Positions 37,871 through 52,205 of a stretch of 64,000 bases of DNA are shown here, one piece after another. Under the pieces are notes generated by a model. That model was not told the DNA's origin. It saw nothing but the letters and a program-made list of their open reading frames with translations, and ran no database searches. The first letter of the stretch is position 1. Each line of letters opens with the position of its first letter. The DNA comes from Camelus dromedarius (taxonomy: Eukaryota), in NCBI RefSeq assembly GCF_036321535.1, contig NC_087464.1:16802001-16866000 (forward strand), given 5' to 3'. The translations under genes were made by a program, and so were the position numbers.

Positions 37871-38735
37871 TTAACTGATTAGCGATGTCTACAGGGTAGG
37901 GTGTGGTGGCTGGAGATGGCCGTGAACCCCAGATTCCACCCTGAGAGGGAATAAATTGCCCTCTGCTCTGGCTAGTGCTGCCTATCTTGGTAACTGCTCT
38001 TAACGCACGGCATCACGATGACATGCATACACGTATGTCTGCCTCCCCTCCAGCCCATGGGCTGCCCCACGCCATGTTCATCTGTGAATCCCTGGCTCCT
38101 TGCACAGAAGTTCCAAATAATATGTCAAATGTGAGAATACTCTGTAAACTGTGAAGTACCGTAGACATTAAAACACAGAATTACCATGGTAGGTACAATA
38201 AAGTATCTGATGATGGAATTTAACAACCTCCCATCGTTATTTTTAGGACAGATGATAGCGAACTCATCCAGGAGTTACTGCCATTACCCTTTATAGTTTT
38301 TAAAAAACCAATTTATAGAGTAAATGAGTTCAAACATATAGTACACTAGTTATAACCCTTTTGAGAATGAGATCTTTAAATAAAATTAGAGTTGAATGTA
38401 AAATATTCTACCTGCCCATGTTGGATCTTTTTGGATATTTCCAGATTGCTTTTTCTAAGATATCCTATAATCCCCAGTGCACTTATAAAACATCAGCATT
38501 TTAGATAGGTCCAGTATAGTATTTTTTTACAGGCTTCTAATTCTAAGGATATCCACAGAATTACTATTAAAATGTTTCTATTCTCAAATAATATGAGGAG
38601 GAAGCCACCTTTCCCCTGTTAAAGCGCTTCGGGCCCACTTACTGCAATCTTACTTGTGCCTCACGCTTCTAAGTTAAGAGAAGAAAAAAAAAATCTTGGC
38701 AATTTCCTTATTACAAAGAATTTGAAACTTTCTTA

Positions 38736-39029
<294 letters not shown>

Positions 39030-40056
39030 TTAAATGAAATAAAATTATTAACATGACACTGTTCTGTATTATAGTTAACTGAATATTTTTGTTCATCTTT
39101 AAGATTTTAGTTGTATAGGAATAAATGTATGTTGTCAGGAGTAGCTGAGAATATTCTGCAATTCTATTACCAATGATAAAAATCTGAATTTTATTAACTG
39201 TATTTATCAGATTTGCATGTACTGAACCCATCATCCAAAATAAGCAGAGCACGGAACTATGGCAGTGCACTGTGCATCTCCCTGAGTATTTGGATCAAAG
39301 TGGTTAAGCTAGTGGTTCTCAAACTGTATGCCAAGGACCCCTGGGGGGGCGGGGTCAGGTGCTGCAATGAACTCACAGGGGTGCCAGCAGGGTGTTTGAA
39401 ATTTAAGGGAAACACAGTTAATACCTGGCATCTGTTGAGCACTACACAAACTACTAGTTTGAGGTAACTCATGATGTGCTACTTTCCTTCTAATGACATC
39501 TTCCTGAAGCTGAATTTCTGGCAGTTGCTTTGATAAAAACAAGTACCTCCCAAAATTCAACATGAAACAGGAAATGAAGGCAGTAGTGTCTAATCTGATC
39601 CCAAGGTTTGAGAACAACATGAACATATTTTCATTTGTAAGCAACTCTGGATAGTTAAAATTAAAAAAAATTTTTTTTTCTGGTTTATCAGCATTATTTT
39701 TTTCAAATGGCTGCTAAGTGTTTAGGATTTAAACACTTACTAAATTGTCTGTACCTAACTTAATACAGGTTCTGTTTAAAAACACAAATGGACACACTAA
39801 GTTGAAAAGTTTCATTTTTTTTCACTGAGAATCATCTTGGTACAGTACAAGGGACATGGACTTTGGAGTCAGATGAACCTGGGCTCCATCAGGGCTCTGC
39901 TCTGTCTGGAGATTTTTCTGCTTATACATGCCTGTATCATTTGAGTTTTACAGAACAAGCATACAATACTTCCAGCACAAAAATGAACTAAAATAAAACT
40001 TCCATATCCATCTAAGTCTTCTGGACTGTTTGAGGAAAACTGGACCAAAAGCACTA

Positions 40057-40392
<336 letters not shown>

Positions 40393-42879
40393 CTAAAAGC
40401 TTTATCCTCTATTTTACTTTAAAGTGTACGCTATACAACGATCTAATATCTTAACTTGGTTCCATTGGTTAGCATGACTAATATGAGATTTTCACATTGA
40501 TAATTTACAATTCTACTCAGACCCAAGAAGGTAAAGAGAAGCTCGGTGTGGCAGTCACTGGCTTGTATGATTTGGTGTTATCACGTAAGGGAGCCAGAAT
40601 TAAGAGCAGTCATCTCTAGATGTGTCGCTCTCTTATGTTCTGGATCCGGAGGTGTGGGGGTTGTTGCTCACATAGCCATGGGATCCACGATGCCCCAAGA
40701 AGTGTGTTGCTCAGGAGCTCCGGGTGTTCCCAGGGTTTGAGCTTTCAGAGGTCACTGCTGCTAGCTTATTCGATGATTCAGGAACAACGGTGTTCTTGCC
40801 TGCTCCAGGTCTTACCATTCGTTTTCCCAGTGGTAGCAGCTGATCATACACCAGCTCCTTTTAATCATCAGCTGATTTCACAATCAAAATTTGTGAAATT
40901 TTTATTGGAACCCATGTGGACAAGTTTGAGAGCTGCTTATTCTAGAAAAAAAAAAGGCTGCAAAACAGGGCTCTTGGCCTATGCAAATTACTCAGTGATG
41001 CAAGGTGAGAGTTAAATTTCAGGAGCTTGGTATATCAGTTTTTAGTCTAAAGTCATTTTCAAGACTATCCATTTCAGTTGTAAATTCAGGACCTATTTAA
41101 TCCAGACAAAAATACTGTTATCTCCAGGCAAAATTACATTATACAAATAAAGCTGCAAGTCTTTTTTTAGCACTTAAAAAAAAAGAATTGCTACTTCAAG
41201 AATAATATTTCAAAAGCAACTGGACTCTCTGGCAGGCCGACTGGGGCTAATGACATGCTATCAGTAACTGTGAGTACCAGAGACAGGAACTGCATGCTAC
41301 GGAGTACACGGACGGCGGGTGGGTGCCCTCATCAATGCTGGAAACGCTGGTGGCCTGCACTCTAGGTTAGTCGTCCAAATTCATGGCACTGTGATCAAAG
41401 GCAAATCTCCTTGGAAAGAGAAAGTCTACTGTAGCCTCTAGAGGGGGGTGAGCAGGTGGAGAGGCTGCAGAGCGAGGTGTGCTAGCCCACAGGCTCACAG
41501 TTTTCCAAGAAGTTTCGGTGCATTTCCCAAGGTCGGGTGAGCACATGGCTGCGAGGCAACCTGTAGGCTAACAGGGTGACGATGACACCAATTTCTAAAC
41601 GTCTGTATTTCTTGTGACTGGGAAAACTGGATTTGTTGAGTTGTTACCTCCTTCTTTATTTCTGTGTTGCTTTCAAAACTTCAGAGTACAATCATTTCTT
41701 TGTGAAGAAAAACAAGTTTTATTCTGTATCATGAATCTAGTAAGATCAAGGCTATGCAGTTAGTTATATGATTTTATCTTGACTGAGGATTAGCTGCTCT
41801 GAGAGCAGAAACGATTAGATTTTTTTTTAAAAAGCTCACCAATTTAAAAAAACTATATATTTGACCAAAGTATTTTATATATAAATATATATATATATAG
41901 ATGTATATTATAGAATACTTACATATAAAGAGATAAAGAATTTTTAAAAATTGACTTTCTTCTTTTTTTCTTATTTTCTATTCAATTTTAAGACAATTTT
42001 TCTTGTCTATTTTCTGGTTGGGATTACACATTTTTGAATTATAGTTTTCCCTACTTTTATCCATCATTAACATTCGAACATTGTCGTATCATTAAAAAAA
42101 ATCCTTCATAAGCCATTTTTAATGGCAGGAATGTACCATAAGGTACCCAATCATGCTCTCAGGACATTTAGGCTGTTTACTATTAAAAATAACACTGATG
42201 AAAATTCCACACCCACATTTCAGATTTGAGGCTTTTAAATATAGTCTGCCATATTGTTTTCCAGAAAAGCTCTAAGTACCAAGGAAATTGCCTCTTACAA
42301 CACTGTCCCTAACAGTTAATAAGTTTGCTAACACAAGAGGTAAAAATGACCTCTCAGTTTTAAATTTTAACTCCTTTGATTATTAGCAAAACTGCACTTA
42401 AAAATTTGTATTTAGCCTTTTTTAGGTCCTCCTTTCCAATAGTCTCAATAGCCTAGGGTAATTTACTATTTGAGATCCATATTTTTCTTATCAAATTTTT
42501 ATAAACTCATTATGTTTTATTTGCTGAAGATATAGTTCCTATTTGCTGCTGTCTTTAATTTTTGTTTACAAACATAGAAGTGTTTAGTTCTTTAGGTTTT
42601 TAATCATTTCCAGTAATTACCTCCTTTTGGGCTGCGTTTTTTTCCGAGTTTATTCTTCATTTAACTTTTAAAACAGTATAGTTGAATTTTAATCTTTTGG
42701 GGCTATTTTTAAGCTTAGGTGCTCTTCCACTCAGAGTTTAAACATATCAGTTCCTTTATTTTACTTGTAATTAATTTTAATAAGGATCCAGAGCAATTAC
42801 CCCCATCAGATAACCAAACCACTAGCTGAATAGTCTTCCCTTCCTGATTGATTTCATTTACTCATTTAAAAATTTTTTA

Positions 42880-43014
42880 TTTATTTATTTTTTGTTTTGG
42901 GGGAGGGGATTAGTTTATTTATTTACTTATTTATTTTAATGGAGGTAGTGGAGATTGAACCCAGGACCTTGTGCATGCTAAGCATGCACTCTACCACTGA
43001 GCCACACCCTCCCC
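42880..43014 (-). mobile_element. Camelid tRNA-derived SINE
   Basis: Reverse-complement match to the same consensus. Confidence 0.88.
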
Positions 43015-43515
43015 ACCCCATGACTGATTTTAAACACCTTCCTAATTATAGATTGTTTTTACGTTTCTCAGTCTATTTCCGGATATCTGTTTCACTGATC
43101 TGTCTATAAGTATTGCAAAGCCAGTGTTCATGTGTTACTACTTTCTTGCCAAATTCTTTTAGTTATTTTCACTTGAATATTCTTCTAGGCAAACTTTTGA
43201 AAAAGTTTATCAAAAGAAAAAAACACTAGAATTTTGATTAGTTAAATATAAATTTGGGAAGAATGTCATCTATAATTACTTCAGTGAAGATAAACCAGTA
43301 TTTTCTGAACTTTTACATTCTGTAAAAAGCCTTTCTATTGTTTTCAAATGACAATGAGCAGGGTATGCAAAGCTTCAGTCCCAGCCTCCTCTCTTCTGAT
43401 TCTGAGGACAGTCCACTTCTGCTTTTTTAATTTAGTGAAACCATCTCAGGCATGTCTGTTTTTTGTTCTTTGCAGAGTAACCTATTTCTGTATTTTCATG
43501 CATATAATTTCTTCT

Positions 43516-43686
43516 TCTTCTTCTTTTTTTTTGAGGAAAGGTAGATTTATTTAGAGAGATACATCAAAAGGCAGGAGAAAGGCCATGACGTGTGGGGGTT
43601 GGTTGCATAGATTATAGAGCAGAAGTAGGTACACACTCCATAGAGAGAGTGCAGGCCTGTCTCCGAAGAGGGAGAGAGAAAGGGCC
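43516..43686 (-). mobile_element. Retroposed polyadenylated fragment with LTR-like 3' end
   Basis: 15-bp TSD CATATAATTTCTTCT (43501-43515, 43687-43701); minus-strand AATAAA at 43546-43551, then 13 nt, then A9(GAA)n tail. Confidence 0.75.
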
Positions 43687-43706
43687 CATATAATTTCTTC
43701 TAACTT

Positions 43707-44018
43707 TGTTTTTATTTTTATTTTTTATTGAAGTATAGTCAATTTACAATGTGTCAATTTCTGGTGTACAGCATAAGTTTCAGTCATACATATACATACA
43801 TATGTTTGTTTTCATATTCTTTTTTATTATAGGTACTTTCAAGATATTGAATATAGTTTCTTGTGCTATACAGAAGAAACTTGTTGTTTATCTATTTTAT
43901 ATATATAGTAGTTAAAATCTGCAAATCTCAAACTCCCAATTTATACCTTCCCACCTCCTCCCTCCCTGGTAACCATAAGTATATTTTCTATGTCTGTGAG
44001 TCTGTTTCTGTCTCGTAA
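43707..44018 (-). mobile_element. L1 3'-end fragment (cetartiodactyl-type) with TSD
   Basis: TTGAAGTATAGTCAATTTACAATG...CTGTGAGTCTG L1 3'UTR antisense; 15-bp TSD AATTTCTTCTAACTT at 43692-43706 and 44019-44033. Confidence 0.8.
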
Positions 44019-44784
44019 AATTTCTTCTAACTTCGTAAATCAAACAAAGTGCTCTGAACTATGTCTACATGTAAGTTTTTCCCTAGGGATTTTGACACAA
44101 CTCTTAAATCTGTTATATATTTGTTACGTATTTATTTAGAATACATTTGGCTACTCTATTTCAACCATGCTGACTTCTTTCTTGGGTGCATTTATTATTA
44201 TTCTTAGGCTGAACCACAACTCCCTATTGCCAAGAAATATTTTCTTTCCCCTTCAATTATCATCTGTTGTTTTCCCTTCACATTCTTAAGTTATTCACTA
44301 CATCATTGATTCAAATGTCTGCACTGAGCTGAGTCATTTGTGTCTTGATACAGAGTTCTATTTGTTTTGTTTTTCTTGCATTTGCTTGTTTGGATAAACT
44401 GAATTATTTCTCCCTTCATCTCAGCCTCTGATCTTCTTAGGGCAAACTGTTTCCAGTTCATATATATCAAGTTTTCCTAAATCCTTCTGAGGATACTAAG
44501 TTGATATCGTCTAAGATTTTCTTTTGTTTTCACTTAGAAAATAATTTTGAGAGATATTTTTCTTCTGAATCTTCAGGGTAAAGATTTCTTCTTTTGTGAG
44601 CTGAAACTTCCAGGCTACAAAAACATTAATAGACATTCTTCTCAAATTCATCCTTGTATGTAGAGAGATCTATCCAGGGCTGGTATTTGCCACAGCATGG
44701 GATGACTAAAGTGTTTTCAGCTTCCTTCCTGATCCACTTGGGTGACAAATTTGTCATCTCAGAAACAGATGCTCGACACCATTA

Positions 44785-45555
44785 GTTACTAGGGAATGTA
44801 AACCAAAATCACAATGAGATACCTACCACTTTACATCCACTAGGATGGATATAGTAAAAAAGATAATAATGAGTGTTGGAGAGGAGGTAGAGACACTGGA
44901 ACCTCATACCTTGTTGGCAGGAATGTAAAATTTCATACCTGCTTTGGAAAACAATTTGGCAGTTCCTCAAAAAGTTAAACATAGAGGTTCCACATGACTA
45001 AGCAACTCCACTCCTAGGTATCAACCCATGAGAACTGAAAACATATGTTCACACGAAAACCTGTACAGAGATGTTCACACATTATTCACAATANNNNNNN
45101 NNNNNNNNNNNNNNNNNNNNNNNNNNNNNNNNNNNNNNNNNNNNNNNNNNNNNNNNNNNNNNNNNNNNNNNNNNNNNNNNNNNNNNNNNNNNNNNNNNNN
45201 NNNNNNNNNNNNNNNNNNNNNNNNNNNNNNNNNNNNNNNNTGCTAAGTAAGAGAGGTCAGTCACATAAGAACACATACTGTATGATTTTATTTACAAAAA
45301 CTGCAGAATAGGAAATTCTATAGAGATAGATGAGTAATAGTAGATTAGTGGTTGTCAAGGATTAGAGGGCTGGTGNNNNNNNNNNNNNNNNNNNNNNNNN
45401 NNNNNNNNNNNNNNNNNNNNNNNNNNNNNNNNNNNNNNNNNNNNNNNNNNNNNNNNNNNNNNNNNNNNNNNNNNNNNNNNNNNNNNNNNNNNNNNNNNNN
45501 NNNNNGGGTAAATTTTATGATACGTGAATTATGTCTCAATAAATTTTTTTTGATT
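44785..45555 (+). mobile_element. L1MB/L1ME 3' end with two N gaps
   Basis: CAAAATCACAATGAGATACC...TTTGGAAAACAATTTGGCAGTTCCTCAAAAAGTTAAAC...AATTATGTCTCAATAAA. Confidence 0.7.
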
Positions 45556-45703
45556 TAAGAAAGAAAAAGCAGCTTTATAAGTCTCAAAAAGATCTGTTTT
45601 TAAATTTGTCTTATTTTGATATTTACTACCTTGAAGAAGTAAAAACAATTTTCATCCTACACGTGCAAGGTGGCTTATAGACTATAAAAGATTGTTTCCT
45701 TTA

Positions 45704-45952
<249 letters not shown>

Positions 45953-46726
45953 TTAACATAACTAACAACACAATTTACATTATGTTCTTAGAAATATTAT
46001 CTGAATCATAAATAGACCTCCATAGTTTTCTTATAGCAGAGAAGAATCACATAGGTAGAATAATTCATGCACGAAATCCCGTGCACTGGAAATGACAAGA
46101 TTTGACCTTTAATCCTGTCCCTCCAAATGACTCCTTAGATGTCATTCGCCTGGAGGAACCCTGGGCTCTATATCACACTGGCTATAAAATCGGAAGGCAC
46201 TCTTACACAAACTTTGCAGAAAGCACATGACAATATGTATCAAGAGCCTTAGAGATGCTCCCATCTTTTGACTCAGTTTCCTTCTAGGAAACAAATCTAA
46301 GAAATAAACTGGTCCAAGGACTTATGTAAGAAGTTTTATTTATAATTTTAAAAATTAGAAAAATTTTAATGGCCAACCAAGGACAATAATTAAGAAAGGA
46401 AATTATGAAATAAAACATACTGCAACTATTAAGTGTTTTCTAGGTTTTAAAAAAAGACCTAAGAAAATGTTCAAGACATAATACAGGTTAAGGGTAGAAA
46501 CAGTGTATATATAGTACCCTAATGGAAAGAAAAATGCATATAAACATTATTGGAAGGAAATAAACCAAAATGATAACAGTAATTTGTCTTGAAGTGAGGT
46601 TTGTCTTTTGCTTCTTTCTTTTTTTGTTGTTGCTTTCTAAATTTTCTTTACTAAATTATATTTATTGCTGTTTGTATGTATGTTATTCCTAAAATCAGAA
46701 AATAAAAGGTAAAGAAAAAATCAGCA

Positions 46727-46870
46727 GGGAGGGTGTAGCTCAGTGGTAGAGCCCATGCTTAGCATGCAAAGGTCCTGGGTTCAGTACCCAGTACCTCCAT
46801 CAAAAATAAATAAACCCAACTATGCCCCCCAAACAACAACAACAACAACAACAAAACAACAAAAAACAAA
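46727..46870 (+). mobile_element. Camelid tRNA-derived SINE with (CAA)n tail
   Basis: GGGAGGGTGTAGCTCAGTGGTAGAGCCCATGCTTAGCATGCA...; tail expanded to AAC repeats. Confidence 0.88.
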
Positions 46871-47446
46871 GAACAAATCATTTCTCTGTGGCAGAGCCAA
46901 AGATATACATACACATACAAAACTATTATATTAGCTGCGTAGAAGAGGGGGACTGGAAAAGGAAAATACTGACTTTTTCTTGGTCTGTTTCTGTATTATT
47001 TGATTTATTCAAATAAATATGTACAGTAATTTTTAAAAATTGAAAGAGATGTTTAACAAAAAAATTCTCCATGGAAAAGTAGAAAAGAAGTTACATGGAA
47101 AACCACCAGGTATTTCAAAATCTTATTCTAGTTAATATAACTCAAAGGCAGACACACTTGGGAGAAGGCACTAAAACAAAGAGCTGTTTAATTCATACAC
47201 CAATAGAAGCCAGAGGAAAGACACTGGAACCAGGAATTATAATATAGGTGTATAAGAGGGAGTATTTAATGTATTTTTTGTTAGGGTTTATGATTATCAA
47301 ACCAAATGAGATTTATAATTTCCAGAATTGAGAGAGTTGCAATATGCTGCTCTATAAATAGCAAGTTAGTGCTATCATGAGAAATGTTTAATACGCAATT
47401 TTATAGTCAATTGTGGTACTAAAAAGATATTTATTTATTACTTCTA

Positions 47447-47611
<165 letters not shown>

Positions 47612-49467
47612 TTATTTTGAGAAAACATAGTGTTAGCCACCTTTGAAAATTAAATGCTGAATTTTCACAATGCAAACTTAATCATCAAGTTGTCTTACAC
47701 TGAACACAGCCACCGGCAGCTTACATAACAAAAAACAAATGGAAGTTAGGTTAAGGATTAAAACGAAAAGAATGGTGATAAGGAGGGAATGTCTATGGGA
47801 CTAGATACAAAGAATCGGAAGGATTGCAGAGGAGAAAAACATGTAGAAAAGACAGGAGCCTAGTCTCCAAGATGAGGTAGATTTAAAAACACAGATGGCT
47901 AAAATATTATTTAAAAGATTAAGAAAATCACAGAGAAAATACACACAACTTTAAGCCACTAATGTTCCCAAATTTTGTGAACGTGGAGAGCTGGGTGCAG
48001 GGCCACAGAAGCGCCAGCCTACAGATCCTGGGTCACCGTACTTTGGCCCTGTGCCCCAAAGCAATCGTGGCTGACTCTAGACAGAAGTGCTACTCTTTCT
48101 CTGGCCTCTTGCTCCAGGTGTCCCACTTCCTCACACTTTAGTGAGCTCTTCGTCTCCACCATCTCCTTTCTTGCGTCTCAGTCTCTTCCGTGAATTCTTC
48201 CTGTTTGCTCCACCTGTGTTCTAGGACCCTCCAATCCTAAAACCCACAAAAGCTGCTCTTGACCCTACATTCCCCTGCAGCTGGCAGCCCACCTTATTCT
48301 TTCCCTCCAAATGCCCCCAACCAACTAACCATACATCCAGTTTCAACTCTTATCACTTCCATTCCGGCTTCTGCCAATACTATTCTACCAAAATTGCTTC
48401 ATCAAAGCTTTTAAAAACTAAAGAAAGGTGAGGGAATTGTTACAGGGTCCTCGGCCATGCGGACAACCTCCGACTGCCCCAGGTTCCAACATCTCCAGAG
48501 GAAGGAGGGAGAACACCATCTCTCTTTAAGGAGTTAAGGTTAGGACATAAAGACATCTCGGTGCCTGGGTGGATGGAATGAAACAGAGACTATAAAGTAC
48601 AATAACCTGTGGTAAGGAGGTTGCCTATATTCAGAGGTGGAGATCAGAGGGAGGAAAGATGGGGAGTAAAATCACTGGCTTTCTGCCTTAGTATCTAAAT
48701 CCAGTAGAGAGAGTTCACATCAACTGATGGAATGGATAAGTAAAATGTGGAATGCCCAGTCAACGGAAGATTATTCAAGCCATACAAAGGAATGAAGTAG
48801 CCATGTCACTNNNNNNNNNNNNNNNNNNNNNNNNNNNNNNNNNNNNNNNNNNNNNNNNNNNNNNNNNNNNNNNNNNNNNNNNNNNNNNNNNNNNNNNNNN
48901 NNNNNNNNNNNNNNNNNNNNNNNNNNNNNNNNNNNNNNNNNNNNNNNNNNNNNNNNNNNNACAACGCTGTGAAAATACCAAAAAAAAGCACTAAATTGTA
49001 TCCTATTTTAAGTGGGCAAATTTTATGGTGTGTCAATTATATCTCAACAAAGATTTTCTTTTTAAAAAAAGCTTTGGATTCCTATGTATCTTCACTAAGG
49101 GAGGACAGATGTTGCCATTAAAATAGTAAATATTAGGTCCTGGGTGTCAAACTCATGTCATTTTAAGTGACGTTTCAGGAAATGGAATCAATTTGTACTC
49201 AGCTTTTGTTGCTTTTGGAACTGAGGAACTGTCATGGGCATGTGCACTAAATGGTTTATGTGAATTGAAAAACAAAGTCAGAATATCTGTTTTAATATGC
49301 AAGAAAATAAGTCAAGTTTGGCTGATTGGTTTGGCCATGAAAACTGGCTTTGCCAATTAGGTTATAAGGTAGTCATGTCTCATTGTTCGAAAGAGCTAAT
49401 TGGCAGCCACAACTTTGGACAAAACTATAATTTAAAAGTATATCACATAATAAAAAAATAGGTCAAA

Positions 49468-49600
49468 GGGTGAGGATATAGCTCAGTGGAAGAGTGCATG
49501 CCTAGCATGCATGAGGTCCTGGCTTCAATCCCCAGTACCTCTATTAAATAAATAAATAAATAAATCTAATTACTGCCCCCTCCACCCCCAAACAAAAATA
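49468..49600 (+). mobile_element. Camelid tRNA-derived SINE inserted in a hAT transposon remnant
   Basis: GATATAGCTCAGTGGAAGAGTGCATGCCTAGCATGCATGAGGTCC..., (AAAT)n tail. Confidence 0.88.
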
Positions 49601-50519
49601 CACCAAAATATATTAGGAAAGGTGTATTGAAACTAATAGTATTTTTATTTCCCCAACTCTTCCAAATATACTGGATACAAGATTCATTTAAGTAAAAGAG
49701 TAACAAGAGTATTTAATAGTCATTAGAAAAATTTTAGAAAAGCATTTTTTAGGATACATTTCCCAGAAAAAGTAAAGTGAAGTAACTAATGATCTGACTT
49801 ATTTTGCCAGTCAGATGGTTTCCAATTCTTTGCTATCCACAAAATCTGGAGGACCTAATTGAGATGCCAGCTGACTGATCATTAAAAATAATTCTTGATG
49901 ACAAATCATTATGTAATCTTGGCATATACGTCAGAAGGAATTCAAATAATTGAGTGTTAATACTACAATAAAATGCTTTCTGTTTCCATCTATGTGTTTA
50001 TGAGAGCAACAATTCTCAATGCTATAAAATACACCTATAAAAATAAGAAATATGAACTGACTTGATTTACTCAGAAATATATAAGCTAATTGGAAAAAAG
50101 TTCTATCTCATTAAGCTACATATTACCAATCAAAATTTATGTTTAAAAACTATCTTTAAAAATATATTTAAGCTATTCCAGTAAGTCATGTACTACTAAT
50201 GAGCATAATAATTCAGTTAGGAAGAAATGTTGGTATAGGAAATTAAGAAAACAGTTTTAAATTTATATACATATTTTTCTTGAAGTAAATGGAGTAAATA
50301 AACAGAAATAGGTAAATAGATAAGATAAAAAGAAATAGAGTAAGCAACAAAACTTCATACATAAAAATATATCACCCTTAAGATAAAGATCTGTGGGCAA
50401 ACTGAAAGAGAAATATGCGTTCAAAGAGAAAAAGGGAAATTTAAAAATACCTGTTAAACGTTAGAAAATTTTAATGTCTTTCGTAAGTGGGTGATAGTAG
50501 GTCCAGAATTGCTATTATA

Positions 50520-50636
50520 GGGAGGGTATAGCTCAAGTGGTAGAGTCCTGGGTTCAATCCCCAGTGCCTCCACTAAAAAAATAAATAAACCTAATTACAC
50601 CTCCCCGCCCCCCGCAAAAAACCTTAAAAAAAAAAA
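50520..50636 (+). mobile_element. Camelid tRNA-derived SINE with internal deletion and 16-bp target-site duplication
   Basis: CAGAATTGCTATTATA at 50504-50519 and 50643-50658 flanks the element. Confidence 0.92.
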
Positions 50637-51479
50637 GGACTGCAGAATTGCTATTATATTTTTATTCTATTGGATACATTAAAAAGAGCTAAGTAACAAT
50701 TCTGTTTAAAAATGTTATTTACAATAAACCACATTCTCTTTATTTAAACTTACTTTAAAAAATTTTAGGTGTCAGGTTAAAAACAGAAAAGTGGTACAAT
50801 TTTCCAAAATTCTCTTAAGAGGTATATGTCACTAAGAAAGTATGAAGACTGTTGTCTTGGCCATCTCTATTTATCCCTTAAACATCCCGAACACCACACA
50901 TCTAAAATCAAATTCATTATCCATTCCCCCACCTCCCTTCCCCTAACCTTCTCCCCTCCTGCATTTCCAGTTATGGTCAAAGGGATGTCACTTGTGCCGG
51001 AAAGTAGTAGAAACCTCCACTACACCAACTTCCTGTTCCCATCAATTGCCAGTCTTGCTGTTTCAACTCTGCTTTCTCACTTGACTCTGTCCCCTCCTCT
51101 CTCTTCTGCTGTTGCTACCATCATCCTCTCTCTTACATGGCTGCAACAGGGTTCCTAAAGGGCCACCCTGTCTTTAATCTCTTATTCCTCCGCTCCATCT
51201 TCTGTTCCACTGTCAGGGTTATCATTCTGCATAGTTCAGATAAAGCCACTTCCCAGGTCAGAATGCCCACAAAAGGAAGTCCAAACCCTTTACCATCAAG
51301 ATTTGCAAGACCCTCCAGATCTGGCCTCAAGTCACCTTTCTAGGGTCATCTCTTTATACTTCTCTACTTATCCAATGGGTTATCCACCATTCCTTGGGTC
51401 TGACCTGTATAATTTCATGCCAGAAACTTCAGCCCTGAATTTTTTCTTCACTGGTTAAAATGCCATTCATCTAGCTCTT

Positions 51480-52205
51480 CATACCCAATAGGATAGATAT
51501 AATAAAAAAGATACAGTAACAACTGTTAGTGTGGATGTGAAGAAATTGTAACCCTTATACCCGTATTATTGCAGATAAAGTGAAATGGTGCAGCTCCTTT
51601 GGAAAACAGTCTGGCAGTTCTTCAAAAGGTTAAACAAAGAGTTACCAATGACTTAACAATTCCACTAACTATATGACCAAGAGAAATAAAAACATACGTC
51701 CACACATCCACAAGACAACTTGTACACAAATGCTCATAGAAGCATTAGTAATAATAGCCCAAAATGGAAACAACTCAAATATCCATGACAAATAATACAT
51801 GACAAATGGATAAATAAAACANNNNNNNNNNNNNNNNNNNNNNNNNNNNNNNNNNNNNNNNNNNNNNNNNNNNNNNNNNNNNNNNNNNNNNNNNNNNNNN
51901 NNNNNNNNNNNNNNNNNNNNNNNNNNNNNNNNNNNNNNNNNNNNNNNNNNNNNNNNNNNNNNNNNNNNNNNNNNNNNNNNNNNNNNNNNNNNNNNNNNNN
52001 NNNNNNNNNNNNNNNNNNNNNNNNNNACAGTGGGAATTGACTGCTAATGGATATAGTTTCTTTTAAGGGAGACATGTTCTAAAATTAGATAGTGGTGGGG
52101 TTGCACAGCCCTGCAAATAAATGAGAAAAAAAAAACCCCACAGAATTATATATTTTAAATAGGTGAATTTAAAGGTATGCAAATTATATCTCAAGACAGC
52201 TGTTT
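51480..52205 (+). mobile_element. L1MB-type 3' end with N gap
   Basis: TTTGGAAAACAGTCTGGCAGTTCTTCAAAAGGTTAAAC...AATTATATCTCAA. Confidence 0.7.

Larger units (their letters stand above)
49180..50800 (+). mobile_element. hAT-Charlie transposase remnant (Charlie2-like) carrying two SINEs
   Basis: CAGCTGACTGATCATTAAAAATAATTCTTGATGACAAATCATTATGTAATCTTGGCATAT...AAGGAATTCAAATAATTGAGTG matches a Charlie transposase 3' region as recalled. Confidence 0.5.

Noticed and set aside
40620-41015. ORF containing RRCGGCC, reminiscent of the PDGF/VEGF cystine-knot motif
   Set aside because: The other cysteines and spacing of the family are missing; it is intronic and antisense to BLM with no exon context, so most likely chance.
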